From Polyangiaceae bacterium (lineage in GTDB: Bacteria; Myxococcota_A; Polyangia; Polyangiales; Polyangiaceae), in contig CBDCTZ010000014.1 in the NCBI GenBank assembly GCA_965222375.1, forward strand, positions 960,001 through 1,024,000: 64,000 nucleotides of DNA, read 5' to 3'. The notes under the pieces are model-generated. The model saw nothing but the letters and a program-made list of their open reading frames with translations, had not been told where the DNA came from and searched no databases. Shown here piece by piece: positions 37,988-47,624 of this stretch (its first letter is position 1; the number at the start of each line of letters is the position of its first letter). Made by a program: the position numbers and the translations under genes.

Positions 37988-39386
37988 ACGCACACCAATC
38001 CCGAAAGCGTGCTGCGGCTTCGGAGGGTTGGGGGGTGAGCATCGTGAAGCAGGGCCCGGTTCCGACAAGCAGAGGCGAGCGCGTCAGAAGCGCATCGAGC
38101 CCTGCGCTTCGCTCTGCGTAACCGATTCCGAGCGTGTGCGTTCTCCAGGGATCTGGCGCGAGGCTCGCGCCCCATTGCCGCTTGTAGCTCAGCACGTTGT
38201 CACCAAGAAAAGGGCGCTCCGGCCCGAGGTCGATCAGCGGCAATCCGAGGGCGGCGGCCCGTCGCAGGGCTCCTGCATAGAGCGCGTGAGCAGCGGCCTC
38301 CTGCCCCTTCTCGTAGGCGAGGCACAGGAAGCGATAGCGATCGTGGTGGAGCAACGCCGTCCCCGCCGCCACCCAACGGTCGCCGATGCGCGCGCTCAAG
38401 ACTTCCCAGTCGTACAGCTCGTAGGCACGGAACGCGTGGGGATTGGCGGCGGAGCCGAATCGCCGCGCTAGGAAGGGGCGATAGAAGTCGAAATGAGCAC
38501 GTTGGAGGGCTTCGGCGCTGTGACATATGTCTACTTGCACGCCTACCCGCTCTGATCGTCGCCGATACTTTCCGAGCGGTGCTTCCCCAGCGCTCCAGCG
38601 GTTGAGGGCGTCCTTGGTTGGCACTCTCACGCTGATGGAACCCGGGGCGCGCAGGAACCCCTTCGGGAGCAGCTGACTTGCGACCCGTGGAAGCAACGCC
38701 AAGCTCAGGCTGCCCCGGCCTCGCGCGGACTGCAGGGCATGCCGCAGCTGTGTCGGTGCGAGGTGAACCTTGTTCGGCGGAGCAGTGGGTGCAAGCCACG
38801 CACTGATTGAATCCGCCTCGGCGGAGGGGGCGAAGATGTCCGCGTCGATTTCTGCCCCGCAGACCTGCAGATGCTGCAACTCCTCAAGCTGCGAGAGAAC
38901 CTGCGCCGAGCGTATAGCCGATAGTACCGGGCGCCCCGTGGCTTCCACTCGGCCCTGAACTGCATTTGGCAGCGAGCGGAGAGCGCGGCGAGCGCGGCAC
39001 TCCCAGGCGGGTGGTGGTTGCTCGGCACGGACGCATCCTTGCTGAACGGTTAGCGCGAGGGGGTGTGTCGTCGGAACGGTACACAACACGTCGTGGCGTC
39101 GCTCTTGGGTTGGGTTGTCGATGTAGATACCTCTAGCCACGTCGAGCCAGTGGACTTCGCCCGGTTGGACGTCGACCTGTTCGTTGCCGATCCGCAAGCT
39201 GGAACCTTGCGGGGTTGCGATGGGAACGAGTAGCGCGACCTCCCGGTCGTGAAACCCGTACTCCGTGAACCGGGTGGGCCCGAAGCGTTCACCAGGGGCG
39301 AGATGAATCGCGCGGGTTGCGAGAGGGGCCGGGCGAAAGCTCGAAAGTCCGCCAGCCGTGGCAACACGCCACGCCACGCGCGTCAC
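37956..39386 (-). CDS. Fusion of a degenerate Asp/Asn-hydroxylase-like cupin and FemAB/GNAT-like paralog 3
   Basis: N-terminal VPIAT...PGEVHWLD...DNPTQERR; C-terminal FDFYRPFLARRFG, AHALY and RPFLGDNVLSYKRQWG. Confidence 0.55.
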   Translation of the reverse strand: MTRVAWRVATAGGLSSFRPAPLATRAIHLAPGERFGPTRFTEYGFHDREVALLVPIATPQGSSLRIGNEQVDVQPGEVHWLDVARGIYIDNPTQERRHDVLCTVPTTHPLALTVQQGCVRAEQPPPAWECRARRALRSLPNAVQGRVEATGRPVLSAIRSAQVLSQLEELQHLQVCGAEIDADIFAPSAEADSISAWLAPTAPPNKVHLAPTQLRHALQSARGRGSLSLALLPRVASQLLPKGFLRAPGSISVRVPTKDALNRWSAGEAPLGKYRRRSERVGVQVDICHSAEALQRAHFDFYRPFLARRFGSAANPHAFRAYELYDWEVLSARIGDRWVAAGTALLHHDRYRFLCLAYEKGQEAAAHALYAGALRRAAALGLPLIDLGPERPFLGDNVLSYKRQWGASLAPDPWRTHTLGIGYAERSAGLDALLTRSPLLVGTGPCFTMLTPQPSEAAARFRDWCAFKARPPPRVC

Positions 39387-40666
39387 GCCTGGCTCCGGCT
39401 ACGACGGACCAGGGCGTATTTGCCAGTCTCTCCCAGCGCGAGCGCTTCACAGCCCCGCACCTCGAACTGCAACTCTCCACGGACAAGCCCATGCAGAGCG
39501 TGGCGGACCGCGCGCCGCTCCCGCGAGGTTTGAACTACGCTTTGTAGGGCATCTACGACCACTGGACCGGCGTCAGGTTGCACCATCGCGAAGCGATGAG
39601 AGCCCCCGAGCCCCGCCAAGACTGCCGCAACTCGACGTGCGGGAACTCGCCCGCCACCCGGCAATTCCAAGAAGCTAGATTCTGGACCCATCAGGTCGCC
39701 TAGCAGGGGCCAGCTGCTCGCACAGACACACGCCTCAGTCCCGGCGGGCAGCACGACGTCTCCGGTCGCGAAGCGGATCAGCGGCATCGCATGGCGCAAC
39801 AGGGTCGTCACCCACAGATTCGCTCGCCCGTCGCTACCGTCATTGGTCAGCTCGGTGACGATGACGTCTGAGTTGCAGTGCAAGCTGCCGGCGCTGCAGC
39901 TCCAGGCGATCAACCCGGCTTCCGCGGTACCGTAAACTTGGTTTGGGCGAACAGAGAGCCGATCTTGAATCAGTTCTGCAACGTCCTCGTACAGTGGCTC
40001 CCCAGCGCAGACGACGGCGCTTGGGGAGGAAAGACGGACAGCTCGCCGCGCCAGCTCATCGCATACGGTGGCCATCTCGTGCGGACTTCCGTGGATCAAG
40101 TCGGGGCAGTATTCGAGCAGGGCGTCGGCTTGTACCTCTACTGGCAGTGCCGTCGAGATCTCGATCGGCTGAGGCAATCCCATACGCGATCGGAGTCTGC
40201 TCATCGGGTGATGATCCGTGGCGGGATCCGGGTGTCTGAGCCGCGCTCGGCGCATGCGGGGATTCCATCCGAAACGCGCGTAGGTGCGAATCCAGATCGC
40301 ATCCCCGACGGCGATGTCCAGCGTGTCTCGGACGACCGGGACTCGGGGCCCGGTCGTGCCGCTCGACACGTCGACGGGCCCGACCAGGGTTGCTGCTGTC
40401 GAGATATGGGCGGCGCTCGGAAACTCCAACAGCTCCGCTCGTGTCGTCGCCGGAAAGTCACGGAGACGCGGCGGCTGCTGCAGCTGATCCACGTCGAGCT
40501 TGAGTCGCGTGGCTGGTACAGTCTGCAGCGCGTGCTCCAAGACCTGTCGAGTCCGTCTCCTCGTCAAGCGCTGCCGAAGGCTTCCGGGCGCGAGACCGCC
40601 CACCAGCACTCCGACGGCGCGCACGTTCGGCCGCACGCCGCGCCAAGGCCAGAGCTCACCCGCCAT
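39383..40666 (-). CDS. PaaK/CapK-like adenylate-forming enzyme (divergent)
   Basis: SSGTTG, AGE, YGTAE and MPLIRFATGD; start ATG 40666. Confidence 0.82.
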   Translation of the reverse strand: MAGELWPWRGVRPNVRAVGVLVGGLAPGSLRQRLTRRRTRQVLEHALQTVPATRLKLDVDQLQQPPRLRDFPATTRAELLEFPSAAHISTAATLVGPVDVSSGTTGPRVPVVRDTLDIAVGDAIWIRTYARFGWNPRMRRARLRHPDPATDHHPMSRLRSRMGLPQPIEISTALPVEVQADALLEYCPDLIHGSPHEMATVCDELARRAVRLSSPSAVVCAGEPLYEDVAELIQDRLSVRPNQVYGTAEAGLIAWSCSAGSLHCNSDVIVTELTNDGSDGRANLWVTTLLRHAMPLIRFATGDVVLPAGTEACVCASSWPLLGDLMGPESSFLELPGGGRVPARRVAAVLAGLGGSHRFAMVQPDAGPVVVDALQSVVQTSRERRAVRHALHGLVRGELQFEVRGCEALALGETGKYALVRRSRSQA

Positions 40667-43508
40667 GGCTCCCCCAGGGCGCTGGCTTACCGCAGGTGTG
40701 GAGCCGTGGACGCAGTACCAAAGCTCGAGGGGTGTCCCCGAGCCCGAGAGGCCAGGCCGAGAAGCGGAGCTTGACCCACTTGTTCTTCCACAACTCCAAG
40801 GGCAAGTTCGAAAACTCCCGCGGCTTCGTTTCGCCCGGCTTGAACTCTTCGCGCACCAAACGTCGCACGACATCGGATTCGAGGACTCCCACCTCGATTG
40901 CAACCCCGACCGGTTTCGCCGCATCCGGTGCAACCGCAAAAGCGATGCAGTCTCCGGCATTGACTTCGACACCCAGTCGCGCGTCTACGGGTGGCGAACC
41001 TTGGTGCTCCGGAACCATCGAAATGCCGTCCTCTGTTGCGACGGCGGTTCCCCGCGCGACTTCCAATCGAGCTTGATGCAACTCTTGGATCAAACTCTTG
41101 CGCGAGACACAGGGTGCGACGCGGGCACTTTGGATGACTAAGGTGTCGCCGTCCGCATTTTCGCCGGGCTCGACGGCGAAGCGCAACAGCGCTTCACGGC
41201 CGGCGAACTGCTCAAGAGGCAGCTCCAGGGCCTTGGGAAAGCTCGCCGGCAGTAGCTCTAGTCGCGCCAATCGCGGCCGGAGGCGACCATCGAGAGCATG
41301 CACGTCGAAGTGAGCGCCGTCCCCGGCTTTACTTTCACGCGCCACTCGAGCAAACAAGCAAGAGTTTGGGCAGGGGCGAACGGGCAAGAACAGCTCGGCG
41401 GGTGGCTCGGGGTGTGGGTTGGGTGGCAGCACGATCCTACCGTCTTCCGCCGTCGCTTCCGTGAAGCGTCCAAATGCCCCAGATTGAGCTCGCCGATCCA
41501 GGTCGACGTCGGCTTCGCACGCCTCGGACTCGAAGCTGCCCGGATCGCTGAGCACCAGCTCGGTCAACGCGTGAACTCGAATCGCCATGTAGTTGGCCGA
41601 AGCGTCTCGCGCGACTGAGTGAATCACCATGCGCGTGGCCCGACGCGGGTTGCGCGCGGGCTGTACTCCACTCCAGTGCCACTCTGCGGCTTCCGGAACC
41701 GGTGCCAATACTTGCGCGATACGGTTGTGCACCTCGAGTCCGGGCAGGAGCATTCGACGCGCCAGAGGTTCCTCCCCGTCGAAAAACTGAACCTCCAGCC
41801 AAGGCATGCCACCAACCATGCGTCGGAGCGTCGGGACCGAGATTTCGTAATCCAGCTCAATCAGATGATGTTCTGGAATCGGGCGTCGAAAGGACAATTC
41901 GATGCTGCCTGGAACAGGCAGAGCCTCCTTTCGCAACACCTGCGAGACCGGAATGGGCGTTCGCTTGGGTACCAGGGGCTTGTCGCGTAGTCGTGCTCCA
42001 AATAGTGCGGGCCCCAGGCGTACGGTTGGCTCGTAGTATTGCGCCCGGATCACGAAGTCCGGTCCTAGGGCCCATTGGTGCACCGCGGGCTGCCAGTCGA
42101 AGGACTCAAGCCGCAACACCATTCGCGGGCACGCAGCCTTGCGCAGCTTCTCACCGATTTCTTTCTGTCGGGTTGCAGACCAACGCAGAAGGGTCTTGGT
42201 TGGCCCACCTACATCTGCCAACGGGTGAGCCACGCCCATGCCGTGCGGCACGCTGATGCAGGACGCACCAGCGGACGCTTCGTCCCGCATCCATGCGATG
42301 GCTCGCCCTAGGTCGCTCTGGTAGTTGGCCGTTGCTTTGGGAAAGCCAGCGCCAAAGCGCAGGGCCAACGCATCTGCAATCTTGGTGGGCTGCCAAGCCG
42401 AGGCGCGGTCAGCGTGACCACCGAACCAGCCCAAGATGAACCCGGCGCTGAGCAGACCTGACCAGGCTGTGATCACGTGGCGTTTGCCCCAATTCCGCAC
42501 GCAGATGATGCAGAGAACGGCGGCGAGGGGCGCCAAGGAGGCGTAGACGTGCTCGGGATCGCTGCGCAAGATGCCTCTGAACACGCCGGGGAACACTCCC
42601 GCGAGCCACATGGCAGTGGTGCAATCCTGCCGCTGTCGTGTGAGAAAGACGACTGTCGGCAGAAGCGTTAGCGTGAGGAAGAACAGTGCGCTGGAGACCG
42701 AGAATCCGCCGGCATCATCGCTTTGGGTAATGGAGTAGTCTCGCACTACGTTCATCACGCCTCGAGCCAGTGCAACTGGCCCATTGCCGAATCGCTCCAG
42801 TGAAAGGGCGAAGGCCAGGGATAGCGCTGTTCCAACCGCAAGCGTTTGGAACAGTCGGATCGCTGGCGCTCGAAGCCTGCGGCTGGCGGCGACTTCGGCG
42901 GCGGCCATGCTGGCCATGCTGGCAAGCCCGAGCACCAGGTTGTCGAATGCAAGCAGACCCGCGAACGCCCAAGCTAGAGCAGTCAGAGCGGGTTGTTGCC
43001 AGCTGCGCAGGCTTCGCGATTGGGGCGAGTCCGGACTCTGGTTGGGCGAAGTGAGAGGCACATACGCAATCACCAGCGCCACGGACGCGATCGATCGCAA
43101 GGAGCGCACGTCATCGTGCAAAGACAGCAGGCACAGTCCGAGCATCACGACGGCACGTCGAACTGGGTCCTTGGTGACGAATAGCGTGATCAAACCGCAG
43201 ATGAGCACTGACACCAAGGGGAAGACCAGGTGCTGGCCCGCGACCAGCCCTTGGGCATCCCGACCGACGAGGGCAGCGCCACACCATGCCAGCAGTTGCC
43301 AGAGGGGGCCCACCGGATACACGAAGTCGAAGGCGGACCACTCTCCTTTGGCCGCTCGCCAGGGGAGCTGTAGCTCCCACTCGTAATCGAAGCGTCGATA
43401 CTCCAGAGCGCGCAGGGTGAGTTGTTCGTGCCAGAGGTAGGCGTTGCAAGCGACCGTGGCTACGAAGTATGCCGCGATCAACCAAGGCAGTGCCCGACGC
43501 AGCTTCAT
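40656..43508 (-). CDS. Large membrane protein with GT-C-like N-terminal half and extracytoplasmic C-terminal half, paralog A
   Basis: About 11-13 hydrophobic segments; DYEWEL...GEWSAFDFVYPVGPLWQL loop; colinear similarity to 43505-46336. Confidence 0.6.
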   Translation of the reverse strand: MKLRRALPWLIAAYFVATVACNAYLWHEQLTLRALEYRRFDYEWELQLPWRAAKGEWSAFDFVYPVGPLWQLLAWCGAALVGRDAQGLVAGQHLVFPLVSVLICGLITLFVTKDPVRRAVVMLGLCLLSLHDDVRSLRSIASVALVIAYVPLTSPNQSPDSPQSRSLRSWQQPALTALAWAFAGLLAFDNLVLGLASMASMAAAEVAASRRLRAPAIRLFQTLAVGTALSLAFALSLERFGNGPVALARGVMNVVRDYSITQSDDAGGFSVSSALFFLTLTLLPTVVFLTRQRQDCTTAMWLAGVFPGVFRGILRSDPEHVYASLAPLAAVLCIICVRNWGKRHVITAWSGLLSAGFILGWFGGHADRASAWQPTKIADALALRFGAGFPKATANYQSDLGRAIAWMRDEASAGASCISVPHGMGVAHPLADVGGPTKTLLRWSATRQKEIGEKLRKAACPRMVLRLESFDWQPAVHQWALGPDFVIRAQYYEPTVRLGPALFGARLRDKPLVPKRTPIPVSQVLRKEALPVPGSIELSFRRPIPEHHLIELDYEISVPTLRRMVGGMPWLEVQFFDGEEPLARRMLLPGLEVHNRIAQVLAPVPEAAEWHWSGVQPARNPRRATRMVIHSVARDASANYMAIRVHALTELVLSDPGSFESEACEADVDLDRRAQSGAFGRFTEATAEDGRIVLPPNPHPEPPAELFLPVRPCPNSCLFARVARESKAGDGAHFDVHALDGRLRPRLARLELLPASFPKALELPLEQFAGREALLRFAVEPGENADGDTLVIQSARVAPCVSRKSLIQELHQARLEVARGTAVATEDGISMVPEHQGSPPVDARLGVEVNAGDCIAFAVAPDAAKPVGVAIEVGVLESDVVRRLVREEFKPGETKPREFSNLPLELWKNKWVKLRFSAWPLGLGDTPRALVLRPRLHTCGKPAPWGSHGG

Positions 43509-46336
43509 TGGCAGGGCCCCAACTGAGGATTGAGGAAGGCGAAAAACTCGCCGCCGCCGAACGCCGGCTTCGCACCAAGGTGCACGCTAACGCCCCGACC
43601 AGCGAAGTCGTGGAGTGATACACTGGCGCGTTGAAACGGCGCCTTGCCTTCCAGTCGCCCCTCCGTCATTCGGTGACGAAGTCCGTCCACGACGACGTCC
43701 ATGAAGAAGTCCATGCCACCTTTCGCGTCGTATTCTTTGTGAAGCGCGAACTCCACGCTTGCGCAGGTGTCGTCAATCACGCGAACTGGTATCTGCACCT
43801 CGGCGCCACGGTTATCGGTTAGAACGTGTCCTTCCCGCGCTTGGATCAAGCCCCACACTGCGTTGGCGCGGCCGAGCTTGACGGACTCCGAAATGTTGGA
43901 GCGCGCGGAGCAGCGCATGACCCGCGCACCCGAGAGCCACAAGAAATCGCCATCGGGACCGTCTTGCCCATAGCTGCCTAGGCGCAACAGGACGTCCCGG
44001 CCCGCAAAGCCCCCCAGAGGGATCTCGATCAGGCGCCGCTCGCCCTTCTTCAACCAGTGCTTCGCCAAAAGTGGGCGGGCACCCCGATCGATGATGTGAG
44101 TCTCCAGGGTCGCGCCGTCGCTCTTGGGGCCTCCCGTGTCGATCCCGACTTCCGCGAAGAAGCAACTTTCCTTGCAGGGCACGATTGGAAAGAAGACCTC
44201 TGCAGGTGGCTCCAGCGCACCATTGGGATGCAGCTGAAAGCTGAATTGATCTGGTCGCGGCGAAACTTGCCGCGGCCAGGCTTCGCCCTTCTTGATGGCA
44301 GCGAGCAGATCTTGCTCACCGTTGCAGCGCCTCGGCGGCTTGGCCACCGGGTCACGAGCTGACTTGACTAGACCGAGCTCGTGCAAGGTCAGTGCGATGC
44401 GTTTCGGGGACGCCAATCCCCTGGGTTCGGCGCGTAGCTCCAAGGTGTCGGCGCTTCGGGTGGGTTGCATGTCCTCCCCGGCCAGCCAGCGTCGCTCAGT
44501 AACCTCGGGCTCCACGCTCAAGTACGCTCGAGTGCGCTCCCCTACGGCCATGTGGAAGAGGTACTGCCAGTCCGCCAAGGGCTTGCCGTCTCTGCTGAAG
44601 CGCCATTTGATCAGTGGAGTGCCGCCGGCGAAGGCACGCCAACGCCGCATGTGCAAGGTGTAGTCGAGCCGCAATGGGTGGCGCCCGTCGATGAGTTTCG
44701 GCAGTGGGACGCGAACCTGTCCAGGGATCGCTACGGGGCGTTTAGGGCTCAGGCTGGTGACCTCCAGCACTTCGATCCGCGGGACAGCCGGACTCGAGCG
44801 CAGAGTCATGCCCACCAGCGCTGGGCCGATGCGCCGCTGCGCTTCGTACAGCTCGGCTAGAGCAAAGAAGTCCTCGCCGAGGGGCCACGCGCTTTCGGGA
44901 ACGTCGAAGCTATGCAGCTTGTGCACATAGAGGGGGCATCGAGCGGCGCGCAACTCATCGGCGAGCTCATTCTGTAGCGTGCTGTTCCAGCGCAGGCCCA
45001 TCTGGGTCGGGCCACCGCGCCGCAGCAGCGGGTGCACTACGGTCAACCCCGGGCGAGCACCGATGCAACGTGGGCTGTCCTTTGCCACCTTTGCCTCGAG
45101 CCAACGCATGGCTGCGGACACATCAGTCTGGAAGTGCGGGTCCGCGGTTCGCGTTCCTTTGCGCACGTCCTGGGCCTCGGCGATGACCCGTGGGTGGGTC
45201 CACATCTGGTGTGGTCTGCGCCCGAACCAGGAAAGCACGAACAGTGCGCACAGCAGACCGGACGCAGCGCGCACGGAAATCGTGCTTGCCTTGGTTTCGC
45301 TTGCCGCAACCAGCAGTAGCACTACGAGAAGCGGCAGGATCGATACGTAGACGTGGCCCGCGTCCGTCTGCAGCAACACGAAGGCGGCGAAAGGAAGCGT
45401 GCCTATGAGCCAGGTTGCTTTGGCCCAGGCAAGCTGTCGCTTGAAGACCAAGAGGCCGCCCATGGCCGTCGTCGCCAGCAGCAGCACGACCATGCTTTCT
45501 CGTGAGACCACGTCCCGATCCCAAGGCAGCGCGAGGTTAGCGCCGTAGGCCGTCGCCAGCACGGCCTGTTTCTTCAGGTACGTGACCGGACTCGCACCTA
45601 CCAACAGCGCCAGTAGCCAGACCGCCGCCGACAGTGCGCCGAGCGCCACGACAAACCGGCCCAGGCGCTGTAGCGCTGGAGCGAGGGCAAGCTGGCGGCG
45701 ACGCCTCGCCAATAGCTCCACCACGAAGACGGCCAGGATTCCGACACCGGCAAACACGAAGCGGTCCGGCGACAAGGAGAGACCCACGAGGCACAGGGCG
45801 GCGCTGGCAAAGGCGGAAGCGTAGCTCGGCGTCGCGTCCGACCCGTCTCGCGGCGCGTACGCCAATATTGTGGCGACGGAGACGACGGATCGGAAGGTTG
45901 CCACCCCGGCGCCGTAGGACAGGGTTGCGATCAGAAGGAACGCCCACAGGCGCAAGAAACCAGGCCGTACGAAGCGCCAAGCGATCAGTGCCGCTGCCGC
46001 GGTACCCAACAGCCGAAACGCGCCTTCCAGACCCGCGAGGGCTTTCTCTGGCACGAAGGGGCCGGGTAGGGAGCCGAGGTACGCCACGAGTTGCCAGCCC
46101 GGTCCCATGGGAAAGTGGAAGTCCCGCCCGCTCCACTCTCCGTTGTGAGCACGGAATGCGAGTTCCATCTGCCAGGCGTAGTCGATGATGTGACTCTCGA
46201 GGGCGCGCATGTCCCAGGTCCCGACGCGCACGTAGCGGCTCGAAATCCACGCGACTACCAGGTAGGTAACCGCCACCAGCGTCGCAAGCAGCAACCCGAA
46301 GCGGCGCGCAGGCTTAGCTTTCGGTTGCGGAGTCAC
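43505..46336 (-). CDS. Large membrane protein with GT-C-like N-terminal half and extracytoplasmic C-terminal half, paralog B
   Basis: DYAWQM...GEWSGRDFHFPMGPGWQL loop; shares SFD..W.LG.DF and EPPAE.F.P..PC..SC.FA with paralog A. Confidence 0.6.
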   Translation of the reverse strand: MTPQPKAKPARRFGLLLATLVAVTYLVVAWISSRYVRVGTWDMRALESHIIDYAWQMELAFRAHNGEWSGRDFHFPMGPGWQLVAYLGSLPGPFVPEKALAGLEGAFRLLGTAAAALIAWRFVRPGFLRLWAFLLIATLSYGAGVATFRSVVSVATILAYAPRDGSDATPSYASAFASAALCLVGLSLSPDRFVFAGVGILAVFVVELLARRRRQLALAPALQRLGRFVVALGALSAAVWLLALLVGASPVTYLKKQAVLATAYGANLALPWDRDVVSRESMVVLLLATTAMGGLLVFKRQLAWAKATWLIGTLPFAAFVLLQTDAGHVYVSILPLLVVLLLVAASETKASTISVRAASGLLCALFVLSWFGRRPHQMWTHPRVIAEAQDVRKGTRTADPHFQTDVSAAMRWLEAKVAKDSPRCIGARPGLTVVHPLLRRGGPTQMGLRWNSTLQNELADELRAARCPLYVHKLHSFDVPESAWPLGEDFFALAELYEAQRRIGPALVGMTLRSSPAVPRIEVLEVTSLSPKRPVAIPGQVRVPLPKLIDGRHPLRLDYTLHMRRWRAFAGGTPLIKWRFSRDGKPLADWQYLFHMAVGERTRAYLSVEPEVTERRWLAGEDMQPTRSADTLELRAEPRGLASPKRIALTLHELGLVKSARDPVAKPPRRCNGEQDLLAAIKKGEAWPRQVSPRPDQFSFQLHPNGALEPPAEVFFPIVPCKESCFFAEVGIDTGGPKSDGATLETHIIDRGARPLLAKHWLKKGERRLIEIPLGGFAGRDVLLRLGSYGQDGPDGDFLWLSGARVMRCSARSNISESVKLGRANAVWGLIQAREGHVLTDNRGAEVQIPVRVIDDTCASVEFALHKEYDAKGGMDFFMDVVVDGLRHRMTEGRLEGKAPFQRASVSLHDFAGRGVSVHLGAKPAFGGGEFFAFLNPQLGPCQ

Positions 46337-47613
46337 GGCTCCTCGCTGATGCGCTGGCGCACGACCTTACGCAGCTTGCCCCTGCGGTTCAGAGGAATGC
46401 TGTCTACGGACGATATCTCGAAGCGGATCCCGGGACCCATCAGCTCGCGCATCACGCCGCGGAGTTGGTCGACCTGAGCCGCGTCGGGCGAATCTTGCCA
46501 GACAACCTGTAGCTCTATTTCGTTGGCGCTCTTCTGGAGCAGTCGGTATTGAGTGAAACCGCGCACGGCCTCGATTCGCGGCGCAAGCGTGCGGGGACCA
46601 ATCCGAGCACCGTTTTCCAGGACCAAGATGTCGTCGACGCGCCCCTCGGTCAGGTCGAGGCGGGGCAGGCCACGCCCACAGGCACAACCTCCCGCAAGCA
46701 GGCGCCCGGCGTCGCCGATGCGGTACCGAATCAAAGGCATCAAGCGATTGACCAACCCCGTTACGAGCAGCTCGCCTTCATGTCCGGGTGCGGCTACCCG
46801 CCCGTCTCGGAGGGCTTCGATGTAGACGCTGTCGGCATCGATATGCAGTGCATCATGCTCAGAGCAATCCCAGGCAAGGCGGTTGAACTCCTGCGCCCCG
46901 TACAAATTGAACACCGGGCAGCGAAACGTCTTCGCGATCAGATCCCGGGTGGCGGGAGGCAGGAGTTCCCCATGACAAATGATCCCGCGGGGCGTGATCC
47001 CGGGCTCGCTACCATCCTCGACGAGGCGCGCCAGGAGGGCCATGCTGCTCGGAAACACGTAGACCCAATCGGGTGCCAGATCTCGCAGCTCGGCCAATTG
47101 AGTTCGGGCGTCGGGCACCAACTGGATGTAGTTCTTGCGCATCAAGCCGAGGCGCTCGTAGAGCCGTGGCGCACGGCGTGACTCTCCCCAGAAGTACGCA
47201 AGCCTGTGCCAGGGTCGATAACCCGTCTGAAACAGGGCCCGAGCGTAGACTGCATCGAGGTAGTCGTTGGCGGCGGCGTCGTATGCGATCTCCATGAACT
47301 GTCCGGACGTGCCGGAAGTGGTGAACACCACGTCGGCCGGGCGTGGGTCCCGAACGCGGATGCCGTCTGGGTAGGCGGCGACGACTTGCTCTCTCGTAAT
47401 GGTCGGGAAGTGGGCCAAGTCCTCAAGCTGGCGAAAATCCCGAGCGCTCACGCCCGCGTTCCGAAAGCTCTCCCGATACCAGGGCACGTGCTTCTGAGAG
47501 AAGTGCAGCATTCGGCGCAGCTTGATGAACTGGGCCCTGCGCACGGCGGCTCGAGGAAGCCATTGAAACGCCTCTGCAGCGCTGAGATATGCCAACTTTC
47601 GTAACGTCGACAT
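46333..47613 (-). CDS. PaaK/CapK-like adenylate-forming enzyme (CoA ligase-like)
   Basis: TTSGTSG, HGE, YGAQE, MPLIRYRIGD, EGRVDD and GKLR. Confidence 0.88.
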   Translation of the reverse strand: MSTLRKLAYLSAAEAFQWLPRAAVRRAQFIKLRRMLHFSQKHVPWYRESFRNAGVSARDFRQLEDLAHFPTITREQVVAAYPDGIRVRDPRPADVVFTTSGTSGQFMEIAYDAAANDYLDAVYARALFQTGYRPWHRLAYFWGESRRAPRLYERLGLMRKNYIQLVPDARTQLAELRDLAPDWVYVFPSSMALLARLVEDGSEPGITPRGIICHGELLPPATRDLIAKTFRCPVFNLYGAQEFNRLAWDCSEHDALHIDADSVYIEALRDGRVAAPGHEGELLVTGLVNRLMPLIRYRIGDAGRLLAGGCACGRGLPRLDLTEGRVDDILVLENGARIGPRTLAPRIEAVRGFTQYRLLQKSANEIELQVVWQDSPDAAQVDQLRGVMRELMGPGIRFEISSVDSIPLNRRGKLRKVVRQRISEEP

Positions 47614-47624
47614 GGCGGCGAAGC

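Noticed and set aside
39383..47613. Phenylacetate catabolism (paaK)
   Set aside because: No other paa genes; the context matches CapK-like ligases of polysaccharide loci
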